From contig JBMNKH010000004.1 of assembly GCA_050952085.1 (NCBI GenBank), positions 508,793-572,792 of the forward strand: 64,000 nt of DNA. The letters are read 5' to 3'. The stretch comes from Bacillota bacterium (GTDB taxonomy: Bacteria; Bacillota; Sulfobacillia; Fermentithermobacillales; Fermentithermobacillaceae). A model generated the notes under the pieces. The model made no database searches and had not been told where the DNA came from. It saw only the letters and a program-made list of their open reading frames with translations. Below are positions 25,361 to 34,444 of the stretch, in pieces (position 1 is the first letter of the stretch; each line of letters starts with the position of its first letter). The position numbers and the translations under genes are program-made.

Positions 25361-25405
25361 AGGATCTTGCAGGACCTTGTTAGCTGCCTTTTCTGAGCCG
25401 TCTTC

Positions 25406-27181
25406 TTAGGCAAGGCAGTGTGCTTTTCTCACTACCCCGCCCCTTTGGCTCCTGTATTCAACAGTCACACAGGGAGGAGGGGTGTGGTCCGGAGACACTC
25501 TTACCACCCATGAGACCTGGACTGTCGACTTGGCAGGGCCCTTTGCTCCGCTGACGTACCCTTCCAGGAAGTCTGTTTCGTGTTTTGCTTTACCGGTTAT
25601 CTCTACTCCTGGGCCTGCCTTGAGCTCAACAGTGTCCTTTTCAACAACCTTGAGTTGTGCAGCCTTGTTGGTAATGCTTGTAGGCAAATAGCCCCAGTTT
25701 TCTATCAAAGCAGTCACCTTTTTCAGGCTACCACTGATATCCTGGACTCTAGTGTCTGTTATGTTGACCCACGGTAAAGCTGCTGCGTGCTGCATAATCC
25801 ACTGGGCAGCTCTGCGGCATTCTTCTTCTAATAAGTGAGGAGGTGGGTTCTGGGCGCAGAATTTTCTGTCCCAGCCTCCGATTTCAACTGTACCCAGCTG
25901 GGGATGTTCGAAAGGCATCCAGTCTATGAACCCCTTGCCCGACAGCTCACGGTCGTTCCACTCCAAGAACTTTAGGCACATCTTTTCGAACTCATCCGGA
26001 AACTTCTCAGGATCAGACTTCTCCCTTGCAACCTCAAGATCGATCCCGGCGCGTTCATAACGGTTCCAGAGTTCGGTGGTGTAAGCGATTATGCCCCTGT
26101 GCTCGTAAGCCCATTCGTTCATGGTGGAACTGTTCGGGGACTTGACATCAGGATAGCCGGTGACCTTGGTACCCTGGCGGGCAATAGCTTTGGTAGCTAT
26201 CAGGTCTTGAGGGTCCATTTTGCTTTCTTCGTACTTGCACGGATTCCTGAAGAAGAAGCCTCCTGCAGTGTGCAAGGCTTGAATAGCGCCGATGTTAGGA
26301 TGATTTACTATGAATTGCACTAACGCATGGGTTTCCGGCTCCCCTGCAGGGAACTCCCCGCCGCCTGGCACGCCGGGCTCCCAATTAGACGGGAAATTCC
26401 GGTTCAGGTCCAAGCCCCAAGGCGTCTTGTGCACCGTTACCGGCTCACCTTCATAGTCCTTTATATATCCTTCAGGATAAATCCGGTAGAAGGGCCCTTT
26501 CCTTTCACCAGGCTGTCTGGGAACCATCAGACGGGGATCTTTCGAGGAGACTTTCCATTCGCCTTTGTTGTCATCCCTGATTCTCATCTCAAGGATTTTG
26601 CCATCGCCGTTGATGTCAGCCCGGTGAAGCCCTGGAAGGTCTTGTATTCCATCATCAGGCCATATCCTTACGCTGCTTCTAAGCATGTGGGGCGTTGTCA
26701 GGTAAAGTTCTGCCCCATCAGGGTTGACCCGGGGAAGCACGTATAAAGTCAGCCTGTCCAGTAGATGGGTGACTTCATCATCTGTGCCGTATTTCCCGAG
26801 TAGGTAATCTATGAGGTACAGGGCTGCCATACTCCCAGTGACTTCTCCTGCATGGATGTTTGCGTCAACGTATATGGCGGGTTTCTCAGACGGTGCTGCC
26901 TCTCCACCGGCGGTGATGGTAAGCAGCCAGATGTCCCGTCCTTCATAGCTTTTTCCGATGGAACTTAGGCTGCATAAGTCAGGATATGCGGCTGCTACAT
27001 TTTCAAGGTATTGTTTGATCTCTTCATACAGCAAGTACCTGTCGAATGTTATAGGAACCTTGGAAAACAAGGTGCTCCCTCCTTTGTTCCCGTTGATTCC
27101 GGTTTCAAGCGGGTATGTGTTGGTTGCTTTTGCCTTTTTGAGAAGTTCTCCATGGGGTAAGTTGAGTCCTCTATGGGCCAA
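25406..27181 (-). CDS. M14-family zinc carboxypeptidase (gamma-D-glutamyl-diamino-acid peptidase-like)
   Basis: HAGE zinc-binding motif (NIHAGEVTG) and RVNPDG. No signal peptide. The start codon is uncertain: TTG at 27181 or ATG at 27153. Confidence 0.7.
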   Translation of the reverse strand: MAHRGLNLPHGELLKKAKATNTYPLETGINGNKGGSTLFSKVPITFDRYLLYEEIKQYLENVAAAYPDLCSLSSIGKSYEGRDIWLLTITAGGEAAPSEKPAIYVDANIHAGEVTGSMAALYLIDYLLGKYGTDDEVTHLLDRLTLYVLPRVNPDGAELYLTTPHMLRSSVRIWPDDGIQDLPGLHRADINGDGKILEMRIRDDNKGEWKVSSKDPRLMVPRQPGERKGPFYRIYPEGYIKDYEGEPVTVHKTPWGLDLNRNFPSNWEPGVPGGGEFPAGEPETHALVQFIVNHPNIGAIQALHTAGGFFFRNPCKYEESKMDPQDLIATKAIARQGTKVTGYPDVKSPNSSTMNEWAYEHRGIIAYTTELWNRYERAGIDLEVAREKSDPEKFPDEFEKMCLKFLEWNDRELSGKGFIDWMPFEHPQLGTVEIGGWDRKFCAQNPPPHLLEEECRRAAQWIMQHAAALPWVNITDTRVQDISGSLKKVTALIENWGYLPTSITNKAAQLKVVEKDTVELKAGPGVEITGKAKHETDFLEGYVSGAKGPAKSTVQVSWVVRVSPDHTPPPCVTVEYRSQRGGVVRKAHCLA

Positions 27182-27270
27182 TTCTCCGCGCTAAAGCTGA
27201 AGGCAGGAACATACATGACCTCATACGGAAGCTTCTCTTGACAGCCTGATGGTAAGGTGAGATATGGCCG

Positions 27271-27300
27271 TTGACTGAATATATCACGTTGTGGTATAAC
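27271..27300 (+). promoter_or_regulatory. Promoter of padR (TTGACT, 18-nt spacer, TGnTATAAC)
   Basis: Consensus-like -35 box and an extended -10 box. Confidence 0.5.
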
Positions 27301-27314
27301 ATGATGTGATATAT
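27279..27314 (+). promoter_or_regulatory. Perfect 9-bp inverted repeat ATATATCAC-N18-GTGATATAT overlapping the padR -10 region (candidate PadR operator)
   Basis: Palindrome read directly from the sequence, positioned for autorepression. Confidence 0.5.
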
Positions 27315-27348
27315 CATAGTGTGGAGTAGGCTTGAGGGGAGACAGAAG

Positions 27349-27666
27349 GTGATCTTTGACAAGATTCGCAGGCGGTATGTTCCCATGAGTGAAACCATGT
27401 TTTACATCTTGTTTTCTTTACGGGAAGAGCGCCATGGCTACGGGATCATGCAACATGTCAACGAATTAACCGCCGGACGCATTGTTCTCGGAGCTGGGAC
27501 GGTCTACTCCAGTATAAGCAAACTTGAACGTGACGGTTTGATTGAGCCTGTCAAAGAGGAAAACCGCCGCAAGACGTACCTCATAACTGAAACGGGCACC
27601 CGGATTTTGCGCGAGGAAGCGGCACGTATTGCTGAACTGTATCAACACGCGGAGGTGCTGCTATGA
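27349..27666 (+). CDS. PadR-family transcriptional regulator
   Basis: Winged-HTH region YILFSLREERHGYGI...GTVYSSISKLERDGLI. GAGGGGAG ribosome-binding site before the GTG start. Confidence 0.8.
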   Translation: MIFDKIRRRYVPMSETMFYILFSLREERHGYGIMQHVNELTAGRIVLGAGTVYSSISKLERDGLIEPVKEENRRKTYLITETGTRILREEAARIAELYQHAEVLL

Positions 27667-28195
27667 AAGACAAGAGAACAGTCTGGTTGCCAGGATTCCG
27701 CAATGTTGTTCCGGCCGGTTTCGAAAGATGGTTGGAGCAGATGGCCTCTGAAGGATGGCATGTTGATCGCATCACTCAATGGAGTTCGTTTCTTATGGTT
27801 TTCAAGCGGGGTACCCCGCGGAAGTATCGCTATGTCTACACCTACAAGCTGCGCCCAGAAAGGATTACCGCGCCATTTACGAGGAATTTGGCTGGGAGTA
27901 TCTTGGCAGGATGGCCAGCGTCTATATCTGGCGCAAGGCATATGACGACGTTCGCCCTGAGGCGTTCAGCGACCGAGAAAGCGTCATCGAACGCAACTGT
28001 AGAACCGCGGTAGCGGTTTCTATCTCATTCTGTATGTTTTTTCTGACGGCCTTAGTTCTAGGCATCGCCCTATTCACAAAAACCCTCACAAATAGTGAGT
28101 TCATCCAGGCTGCGCTCGGTCTTACCCTTACAGTTGCCTCTACCCTTTACCTTGGCGGCGTGATGCTGAGAATCATGAGATGCCGGGAATGCTAG
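27663..28195 (+). pseudogene. DUF2812-family protein (PadR partner) interrupted by a -1 frameshift near 27858-27863
   Basis: The N-terminal half (FERWLEQMASEGWH...YRYVYTYKL) is in one frame. The C-terminal half (KDYRAIYEEFGWEY... plus two transmembrane helices) is in the -1 frame. The shift lies at a CAGAAAGG homopolymer. Confidence 0.55.
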
Positions 28196-28265
28196 GAAAT
28201 TCCTGGCTTGAGAGGCCGTGTTCTGGACTCTTCATTATCTACTAAATCTTAGGGGGTGCGAACCC

Positions 28266-28466
28266 ATGGAAATGTTGTGGGAAACCTGGCCGCTCTTGCT
28301 TCCCCTGTTTCTGGTCAACCTGGCACTGATAGTGATAGCGCTTATAGATCTGACGAAGAGAAAAGACATGCCGGGAAGCAAGAAATGGTTGTGGGGAGCT
28401 GCGATTGTTGTTCTACAGTATCTGGGCCCAATCGTTTACCTAGTACTCGGTAGGAAGGAAGAGTAG
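28266..28466 (+). CDS. PLD-nuclease N-terminal-domain (PLDc_N) small membrane protein
   Basis: KKWLWGAAIVVLQYLGPIVYLVLGR motif and two transmembrane helices. AGGGGGTG ribosome-binding site. Confidence 0.6.
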   Translation: MEMLWETWPLLLPLFLVNLALIVIALIDLTKRKDMPGSKKWLWGAAIVVLQYLGPIVYLVLGRKEE

Positions 28467-28476
28467 GAGGGAGAGC

Positions 28477-29397
28477 ATGGCAGCTGTCGAGATCGACAGA
28501 CTTACCAAGAAGTTCGGCCCGGTGACGGCGGTAAACGAGCTGACTCTTCATGTTCCCAAAGGAACGGTTTTTGGTTTTCTTGGCCGGAATGGCGCCGGGA
28601 AAACCACCACCCTCCGGGTGCTGCTGGGACTGGCCAAACCCACAGCGGGGGATGTCCGGGTGCTGGGAAGGAGCATAAGGGAAGACCGGAGCTACCTACA
28701 GAGAGTAGGATTCTTGCCGGATGTGCCTGTGTTTTACAACTGGATGACTGCCCGGGAGTACCTGCGTTTTGCTGGAGAGTTATTCGGCCTGGGTTCTGCG
28801 AAACTGAACAGAAGGATTGAAGAGCTGCTTGAGCTGGTAGGTCTGCACAAGGAGAAGAATAGGATAGGCGGATTTTCACGGGGTATGAAACAACGGCTCG
28901 GTTTGGCCCAGGCCCTGATCAACGATCCGGAAGTGGTGTTCTTGGATGAACCTACTTCCGCATTGGACCCAATCGGGCGTAAGGAAGTGCTGGACAGCAT
29001 CAACGCCTTCAAGGACCGGGTTACTGTTTTCTTCTCCAGTCACATCCTGGCCGATGTACAACGTGTTTGTAGCCGGGTGGCTATCATCGACCGTGGTGAA
29101 CTCATCACAGAAGGTGACATTGCTGAGTTGCGACGCAAATACGGAGGACGCACAGTTGAAATTGAAGTTACAGAAGTGCCGGACGATCTGGTTAGGAAAC
29201 TGGGAGAGGTTCACTGGTGTGAGCGCATTGAGGTCAGGGGGAATGTGCTTGAACTTGGAGCATCAGAAGTTGAAAAAGCCGCAAGAGGTCTTCCGGAACT
29301 CTTAGCTGAAACCAGGGTGGGTATCATCCGCATGGAAAGCCGGGAACCTGATTTGGAAGAGATTTTCGTGAAGTTGGTGAAACCTGATGGGAGCTAG
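28477..29397 (+). CDS. ABC transporter ATP-binding protein
   Basis: Walker A motif GRNGAGKTT, signature LSGGMKQR-like (FSRGMKQRL) and Walker B motif VVFLDEPTSALD. Confidence 0.9.
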   Translation: MAAVEIDRLTKKFGPVTAVNELTLHVPKGTVFGFLGRNGAGKTTTLRVLLGLAKPTAGDVRVLGRSIREDRSYLQRVGFLPDVPVFYNWMTAREYLRFAGELFGLGSAKLNRRIEELLELVGLHKEKNRIGGFSRGMKQRLGLAQALINDPEVVFLDEPTSALDPIGRKEVLDSINAFKDRVTVFFSSHILADVQRVCSRVAIIDRGELITEGDIAELRRKYGGRTVEIEVTEVPDDLVRKLGEVHWCERIEVRGNVLELGASEVEKAARGLPELLAETRVGIIRMESREPDLEEIFVKLVKPDGS

Positions 29398-30145
29398 GGT
29401 ACTGTTTCGCAAAGAGGTGACAGAGATACTTAAGACCTACAAGATCTACGTTATCCCCCTGCTTTTTCTGGTTTTCGGTTTCGCCAGCCCGGTAATAACG
29501 AAGCTGCTGCCAGATATTTTGGCAGGCTTAAGCAACATGGAAATCGTTGTGCCCGAGATGAGTTGGATAGATGCTTTTGACCAGTTTTTCAAGAATTTGA
29601 ATCAGATAGGGATTATCGCTGTTATCCTGATGTTCATGGGCAGAGTGGCCGAGGAGAAGCACAGGGGTACAGCTACTATGATTCTGTCTAAGCCGGTGTC
29701 CAGAACAGCTTGGGTTATCGCCAAGTTCGGCGCTGCCGTCTTGCTGGTGCTATTGTCCATGATTCCGGCGTATCTGGCCTGCTGCATATATACAAAGATA
29801 CTTTTCGGGACGGCTTCCGTGGCCCTTTCACTGCAGGCCACTTCGGTATTTGCTGTATATGTTATCTACGTTATAGGGTTTACTGTAGGTGCCAGCGCGG
29901 TTATGAAGACGCAGGTGGCCGCAGGAGGGGTTAGCGTGGGCCTGCTCATTCTCAGTTCGCTCTTACCCGCGTTTTCGCAGAAACTGAGCCGCTTCTGCCC
30001 GGGCAGCCTCACTGGGTATCCACATTCCCTGTTGTCCGGCTCTATGTCTTTGTCAGAGGCATTTCCGGCGCTTCTGTCCGCATTGGTTTCAACGGTGTTG
30101 TTCTTGAGTGTTGGGATATTTGCCTTTGAGAGACAAGAGGTCTAG
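29387..30145 (+). CDS. ABC-2 family transporter permease
   Basis: Six-transmembrane-helix hydrophobic protein overlapping the ATPase gene. Confidence 0.7.
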   Translation: MGARVLFRKEVTEILKTYKIYVIPLLFLVFGFASPVITKLLPDILAGLSNMEIVVPEMSWIDAFDQFFKNLNQIGIIAVILMFMGRVAEEKHRGTATMILSKPVSRTAWVIAKFGAAVLLVLLSMIPAYLACCIYTKILFGTASVALSLQATSVFAVYVIYVIGFTVGASAVMKTQVAAGGVSVGLLILSSLLPAFSQKLSRFCPGSLTGYPHSLLSGSMSLSEAFPALLSALVSTVLFLSVGIFAFERQEV

Positions 30146-30167
30146 GTCTATCTGATGAAGAATTGGA

Positions 30168-30215
30168 GGGCGTGCCAGACCGGCCAGATCTGGCACGCCC
30201 AGAACTCGATTGATT
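30168..30215 (+). terminator. Rho-independent terminator after the ABC operon
   Basis: GGGCGTGCCAGA stem, 9-nt loop, TCTGGCACGCCC stem, then a U-rich tail. Confidence 0.6.
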
Positions 30216-30333
30216 TGTTTGACAGGGGGAAATCAGAGAACGGCACTGTTTGCAGACCCTGATGGCAACATACATGAGATCTTTGCAGATATTACCTAGG
30301 TCATAAGCCCAGATGCTAGAGGTGACGTTTCAC

Positions 30334-31434
30334 ATGCCGCGACTGTACACACTAAACGATGCATGGGCCGCGTGGTTAAGCGGTGAGAAATTCCCTGTGG
30401 CCATTGCAGGAGACAGCACTGTGGATGGTTTTGGGACAGACAACAGCATCCAGCACTTGACGGCAGAGCGAAGGGACAACCAAGACCCTAATGCTTTTCC
30501 GAGACTGCTGGAAGCACATCTGCGGAAAGCAACAGGCAACAGCATCTTGAGGATATACAACGCTGGCCATACCGGGATGTACATCAAGTGGGCCCTGGAC
30601 AATTTCGAGAGGGAATGGGGACATACATCAGTTTATGCCGACGTGAAGATGGTTGGTATCGGCTATGGCATCAATGATCGCCTGATCTATTCATCAGCCA
30701 AAGCTTATCGCGCAGGTTTCAAGCAAGATGTCATTGAGATGGTGGAGCGCTTCTATGAAAAGGGCATCCAGCCGTTCTTGCTAACCACCCAGGCAGTCGT
30801 AGAACCAGGCGTGCATAGCGATTTTACGAGGTTCTACCCGCTGCGGACCGGCGAATCAGTTAACTCAATCGCAAACGAGGTCAAGAGGGAAATCGCAGGA
30901 TCGTACAGTTTGGAATTGATTGACGTGAACAAATATACCGAGCTGTTCCTGCAGCACAGTTCGTATAGCCTCCTCCAGTTAATTCCAGACGGATTGCACC
31001 TCGGAAATCTCGGACACATCTACGAAGCTGGCTTACTGTTTGCCCACTTTTGTCCCAGAACCGTTTGGGCCGGGGGCAAATGCCAATTGGATTTCTCCAG
31101 TCAAAAAGCAGTGACAAGTGTTCCCAGTGACAAACTGACTTTAGCTTACCCGCCGACCCGCGGTTTCAAAGTGTTCGCTAATTACACCAAACATGACAAG
31201 CAGGATATTAAGATCATGGATTTCTGGGTGTTTAACAACGCCAAGAGGCCACTTAGCCTGACCGCATACAAAAGCGAAGTGAATTCCCTCACTTACGTCA
31301 AAATCAACGGCGAAGCCCGAACGCTTAGCTCTCTTGAAACTAACCTGGGTTTGCATGACCTGGGCCTGATTCATCTGGAGGTTTACACGGGCGATTGTGA
31401 CAAAGTCGACTTTAAGGGATTTGTCTTAGAGTAG
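30334..31434 (+). CDS. SGNH/GDSL-family hydrolase with a C-terminal beta-rich domain
   Basis: GDSTVDG (the GDS(x) block) and DGLH (the DxxH block). No signal peptide. GAGGTGA ribosome-binding site. Confidence 0.65.
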   Translation: MPRLYTLNDAWAAWLSGEKFPVAIAGDSTVDGFGTDNSIQHLTAERRDNQDPNAFPRLLEAHLRKATGNSILRIYNAGHTGMYIKWALDNFEREWGHTSVYADVKMVGIGYGINDRLIYSSAKAYRAGFKQDVIEMVERFYEKGIQPFLLTTQAVVEPGVHSDFTRFYPLRTGESVNSIANEVKREIAGSYSLELIDVNKYTELFLQHSSYSLLQLIPDGLHLGNLGHIYEAGLLFAHFCPRTVWAGGKCQLDFSSQKAVTSVPSDKLTLAYPPTRGFKVFANYTKHDKQDIKIMDFWVFNNAKRPLSLTAYKSEVNSLTYVKINGEARTLSSLETNLGLHDLGLIHLEVYTGDCDKVDFKGFVLE

Positions 31435-31677
31435 AAGCGTGACTGCCTTACAGCCTCCATGGAGCCCTGCAAAGCTCCGGTTAGCTGTGGGATCACCGGG
31501 CCACCAAATTACATAAGACGCCATTTGACTTGATTGTTCAGTTCACTCCTAATCTATATATCCCCAGTTACCAAACAAGAAAAGCATCCAGACAATTGGT
31601 TCTAATATCATTCATCCATCTCTAGGCTATACAAAGCAGAGAGAGATGACTCATAGGAGAACAAAGGAGGAAAGAGC

Positions 31678-32003
31678 ATGGGTATGTTCTGTTATCAGTG
31701 CCAAGAGACCACTAGAAACACAGGTTGTACTGTAAGAGGTGTTTGTGGCAAGAACGAGGAAGTGGCAAAACTTCAAGACCTCCTGATTTACACACTTAAG
31801 GGAATTTCGGATATCGTCGTCAAAGGGAAGATCGATGTCAGCAAGCTCGAGGATCTTAATTATCAGGCACTCAACAGCTTGTTCATCACCATTACCAACG
31901 CGCATTCCTGTCACCCAATGTTGCCAAGGTGCTTGTGGAGAACTTCGGTATCTCAGGCACCGGTACAGTTGATGACGACATAGAGATGTTCATGGCCCAA
32001 TAG
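31678..32003 (+). pseudogene. hcp: Hybrid-cluster protein (Hcp) remnant created by an internal deletion
   Basis: The first ~75 codons match the Hcp N-terminus (MFCYQCQET...[10 protein letters not shown]...LQDLLIY). At about 31900 the reading shifts frame into an Hcp-like C-terminal stretch ([17 protein letters not shown]...), with a stop at 32001-32003. Promoter and ribosome-binding site are intact. Confidence 0.65.
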
Positions 32004-32026
32004 GAGAACCAATGGAAAAAGCAAGT

Positions 32027-32056
32027 CCCGCCGCGGTGGCGGCGGGGCTTTTGCTT
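32027..32056 (+). terminator. Rho-independent terminator after the hcp remnant
   Basis: CCCGCCGC stem, GGTG loop, GCGGCGGG stem, then GCTTTTGCTT. Confidence 0.7.
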
Positions 32057-32095
32057 ATGTATTGCCAGCGTTACCCCAGGTTCAAGGCTGATAGA

Positions 32096-32124
32096 TTGCC
32101 TTGTCCAGGTTTCAATAGTATGAT
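32096..32124 (+). promoter_or_regulatory. Sigma-A-type promoter of the DUF1538/P-II operon
   Basis: TTGCCT, a 17-nt spacer, then TATGAT. Confidence 0.45.
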
Positions 32125-32225
32125 GAAATGGTGATAGTGTGTGCGCTTACATACCAAACAACTGGAGTATGTGAGGTTCGTGACGCCGGTGTGCGTAATA
32201 TGTGGATGCGGAAAGGAGAGATTAC

Positions 32226-33719
32226 TTGAACATACTGCTGGAACGATTGAAAGAGGTATCGTTATCGGTGTTTCCCATAGCGATTATCGTTATCATACTA
32301 AGTCTGACGGTGGTACCCATAGAAAGCACTCTCCTCATCCGGTTCATAATAGGCGCCGTGGTCGTGACAATAGGACTTGGGATATTCCTGTTTGGTGCAG
32401 GCTTAGGTGTCCAGCCTATTGGGAACCTCATGGGACATGCTCTCGCCAAATCAAATAATCCGTGGTTGGTAGGTATCCTCGGCGCTTCGCTGGGGTTTCT
32501 CATTACCGTTGCCGAGCCTGACCTGCAGATCCTAGCGGATCAAGTGGGGCTGGCCTCTGGAGGCGTCATACCCAGTTCCCTTGTCTTGATAGTAGTTTCG
32601 GCCGGTGTGGGAATAATGGTTGCGGTAGGATTGTTGAGGATACTGTATTCAAAGCCGTTAAACGTTGTGTTCACAATAGCTTATTCATTTATCTTCTTGC
32701 TTGGACTCAAGACTTCAGAGGAGTTCCTGGCAATTTCGGTAGATGCGTCAGGAGCTACTACAGGGGCAATGACAACACCTTTTATCCTGGCCTTGGGTTA
32801 TGGCGTGTCTCAATTGAAGGGCGGAGACACCTTCGAAGAAGACAGTTTCGGCATGGTAGGCCAAGCTTCCGCTGGGCCGATTTTCGCCATCATGATAATG
32901 AGTATTGTAATGGGCCTCAGAAATATTCAAGAGGCGGCGGATCCTTTCGTGCCAAACGTAGGGATACTTGCGCCTTATGTGCGCTTGTTCCCGCAGATGA
33001 TAAGAGATTCCGTTTTCACTTTGGCGCCCCTCACTATTCTGTTTCTGATTTTTGATTGGAAATCGTTCAAGTTGAACAAGAGGACCAGGGGTTCAATCCT
33101 GAAAGGTCTGTTGTACACATATATAGGGCTTGTCTTGTTCTTAACCGGGGTGAATGCCGGGTTCATGGAAGTCGGGAGGTACATGGGCGAGTATATAGCG
33201 GCTAATCATAGATGGTTCCTACCTGTAATTGGTTTCATCTTGGGTATGGTGGTTGTTTTGGCTGAGCCCGCAGTGCATGTGTTGACCGAACAGATAGAAG
33301 AGGTTACCGCAGGCAGGATTAGGAGAAAAGTGATCTTGGTAGCGTTGTCAGCAGGTATTGCCCTTGCGGTTTGTTTGTCAATGCTTAGGATCATGATACC
33401 GCAACTCAAGTTGTGGCATTTGCTGTTGCCTGGTTTTGCTTTAGGGGTAATCTTATCTTACAGAGTGCCTCCTATTTTTGTGGGTATAGCTTTTGATTCA
33501 GGAGGCGTAGCTTCAGGGCCTATGACAGCAACGTTTGTCTTGGCCTTTGCACAGGGGGCTGCAAGCGCCATTCCCACGGCAAGTGTGATGGTTGACGGAT
33601 TTGGAGTCATCGCTATGGTAGCTATGATGCCACTGGTGACTATACAGGTTCTAGGGGCCCTGGTTCAATCAGCGGAAAGAAGGGCCTCAAGCACTCAACT
33701 CAGAGAGGAGGGCAATTAG
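32226..33719 (+). CDS. Tandem (duplicated) DUF1538 integral membrane protein
   Basis: About 500 aa with two homologous polytopic halves. TTG start preceded by an AAGGAGAG ribosome-binding site. Confidence 0.6.
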   Translation: MNILLERLKEVSLSVFPIAIIVIILSLTVVPIESTLLIRFIIGAVVVTIGLGIFLFGAGLGVQPIGNLMGHALAKSNNPWLVGILGASLGFLITVAEPDLQILADQVGLASGGVIPSSLVLIVVSAGVGIMVAVGLLRILYSKPLNVVFTIAYSFIFLLGLKTSEEFLAISVDASGATTGAMTTPFILALGYGVSQLKGGDTFEEDSFGMVGQASAGPIFAIMIMSIVMGLRNIQEAADPFVPNVGILAPYVRLFPQMIRDSVFTLAPLTILFLIFDWKSFKLNKRTRGSILKGLLYTYIGLVLFLTGVNAGFMEVGRYMGEYIAANHRWFLPVIGFILGMVVVLAEPAVHVLTEQIEEVTAGRIRRKVILVALSAGIALAVCLSMLRIMIPQLKLWHLLLPGFALGVILSYRVPPIFVGIAFDSGGVASGPMTATFVLAFAQGAASAIPTASVMVDGFGVIAMVAMMPLVTIQVLGALVQSAERRASSTQLREEGN

Positions 33720-33721
33720 CC

Positions 33722-34393
33722 ATGGACTCTCCAAGAGATGGAAAGCTCCTGTTTTGGTCCATTCTGGACTTCGGCAAGGGAAGCAAGATGTTCGAGATAT
33801 ACAGGAACTTAGGAGGCGAGGGCGGCACTGTTTTCTTAGGACGGGGTACCGTATCCAGTGATATGTTGAATCTGCTGGGCATCCTGGATACACGCAAGGA
33901 AATTTTCCTGGCGGCCATAGATGAATCTATGGAAGATGCGTTATATGATGAAGTAATCAGGAAATTGGGCCTGAATAAACCCCACCGCGGTATCGCGTTT
34001 TCCATGCCGGTAAAGTATTTGGCCTCGAAGATTGATGGTTCACAAGCTATTTCTCCCAAAGAGAAAAAGGAAGGTGTGAACGATTTGGATTGTGAAGCCA
34101 TTTTCGTTGTTGTACCCAAAGGCTCAAGAGATGAGGTACTGGAAGCTGCAAAATCTGCAGGTGCTACAGGAGGCACCATCATACATGGCAGGGGTGCGGC
34201 CAGTCAGGAAAAACAAAGGCTGTTCAATCTCCAGATTGAACCTGAGAAAGACATTATCCTAATCATCTCGAGAACAGATAAGACTGATGCTATCGTGAAC
34301 TCAGTAAAGAATAAGTTGGATATAGATAAGCCAGGTGCAGGGATTATTTTTGTAATGGATATCACCAGGGCTGAGGGGCTGTACAGGGGGTAA
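33722..34393 (+). CDS. Tandem P-II (GlnB-fold)-like protein
   Basis: Two P-II-like repeats. The second has VVVPKG...GATGGTIIHGRGAA...IILIIS...AGIIFVMDI. GAGGAGGG ribosome-binding site. Confidence 0.6.
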   Translation: MDSPRDGKLLFWSILDFGKGSKMFEIYRNLGGEGGTVFLGRGTVSSDMLNLLGILDTRKEIFLAAIDESMEDALYDEVIRKLGLNKPHRGIAFSMPVKYLASKIDGSQAISPKEKKEGVNDLDCEAIFVVVPKGSRDEVLEAAKSAGATGGTIIHGRGAASQEKQRLFNLQIEPEKDIILIISRTDKTDAIVNSVKNKLDIDKPGAGIIFVMDITRAEGLYRG

Positions 34394-34444
34394 AAGCAGG
34401 CCTTGTTTTGACTTGCCCAAATATCCGGGAGAGAGGGGAGTCTT

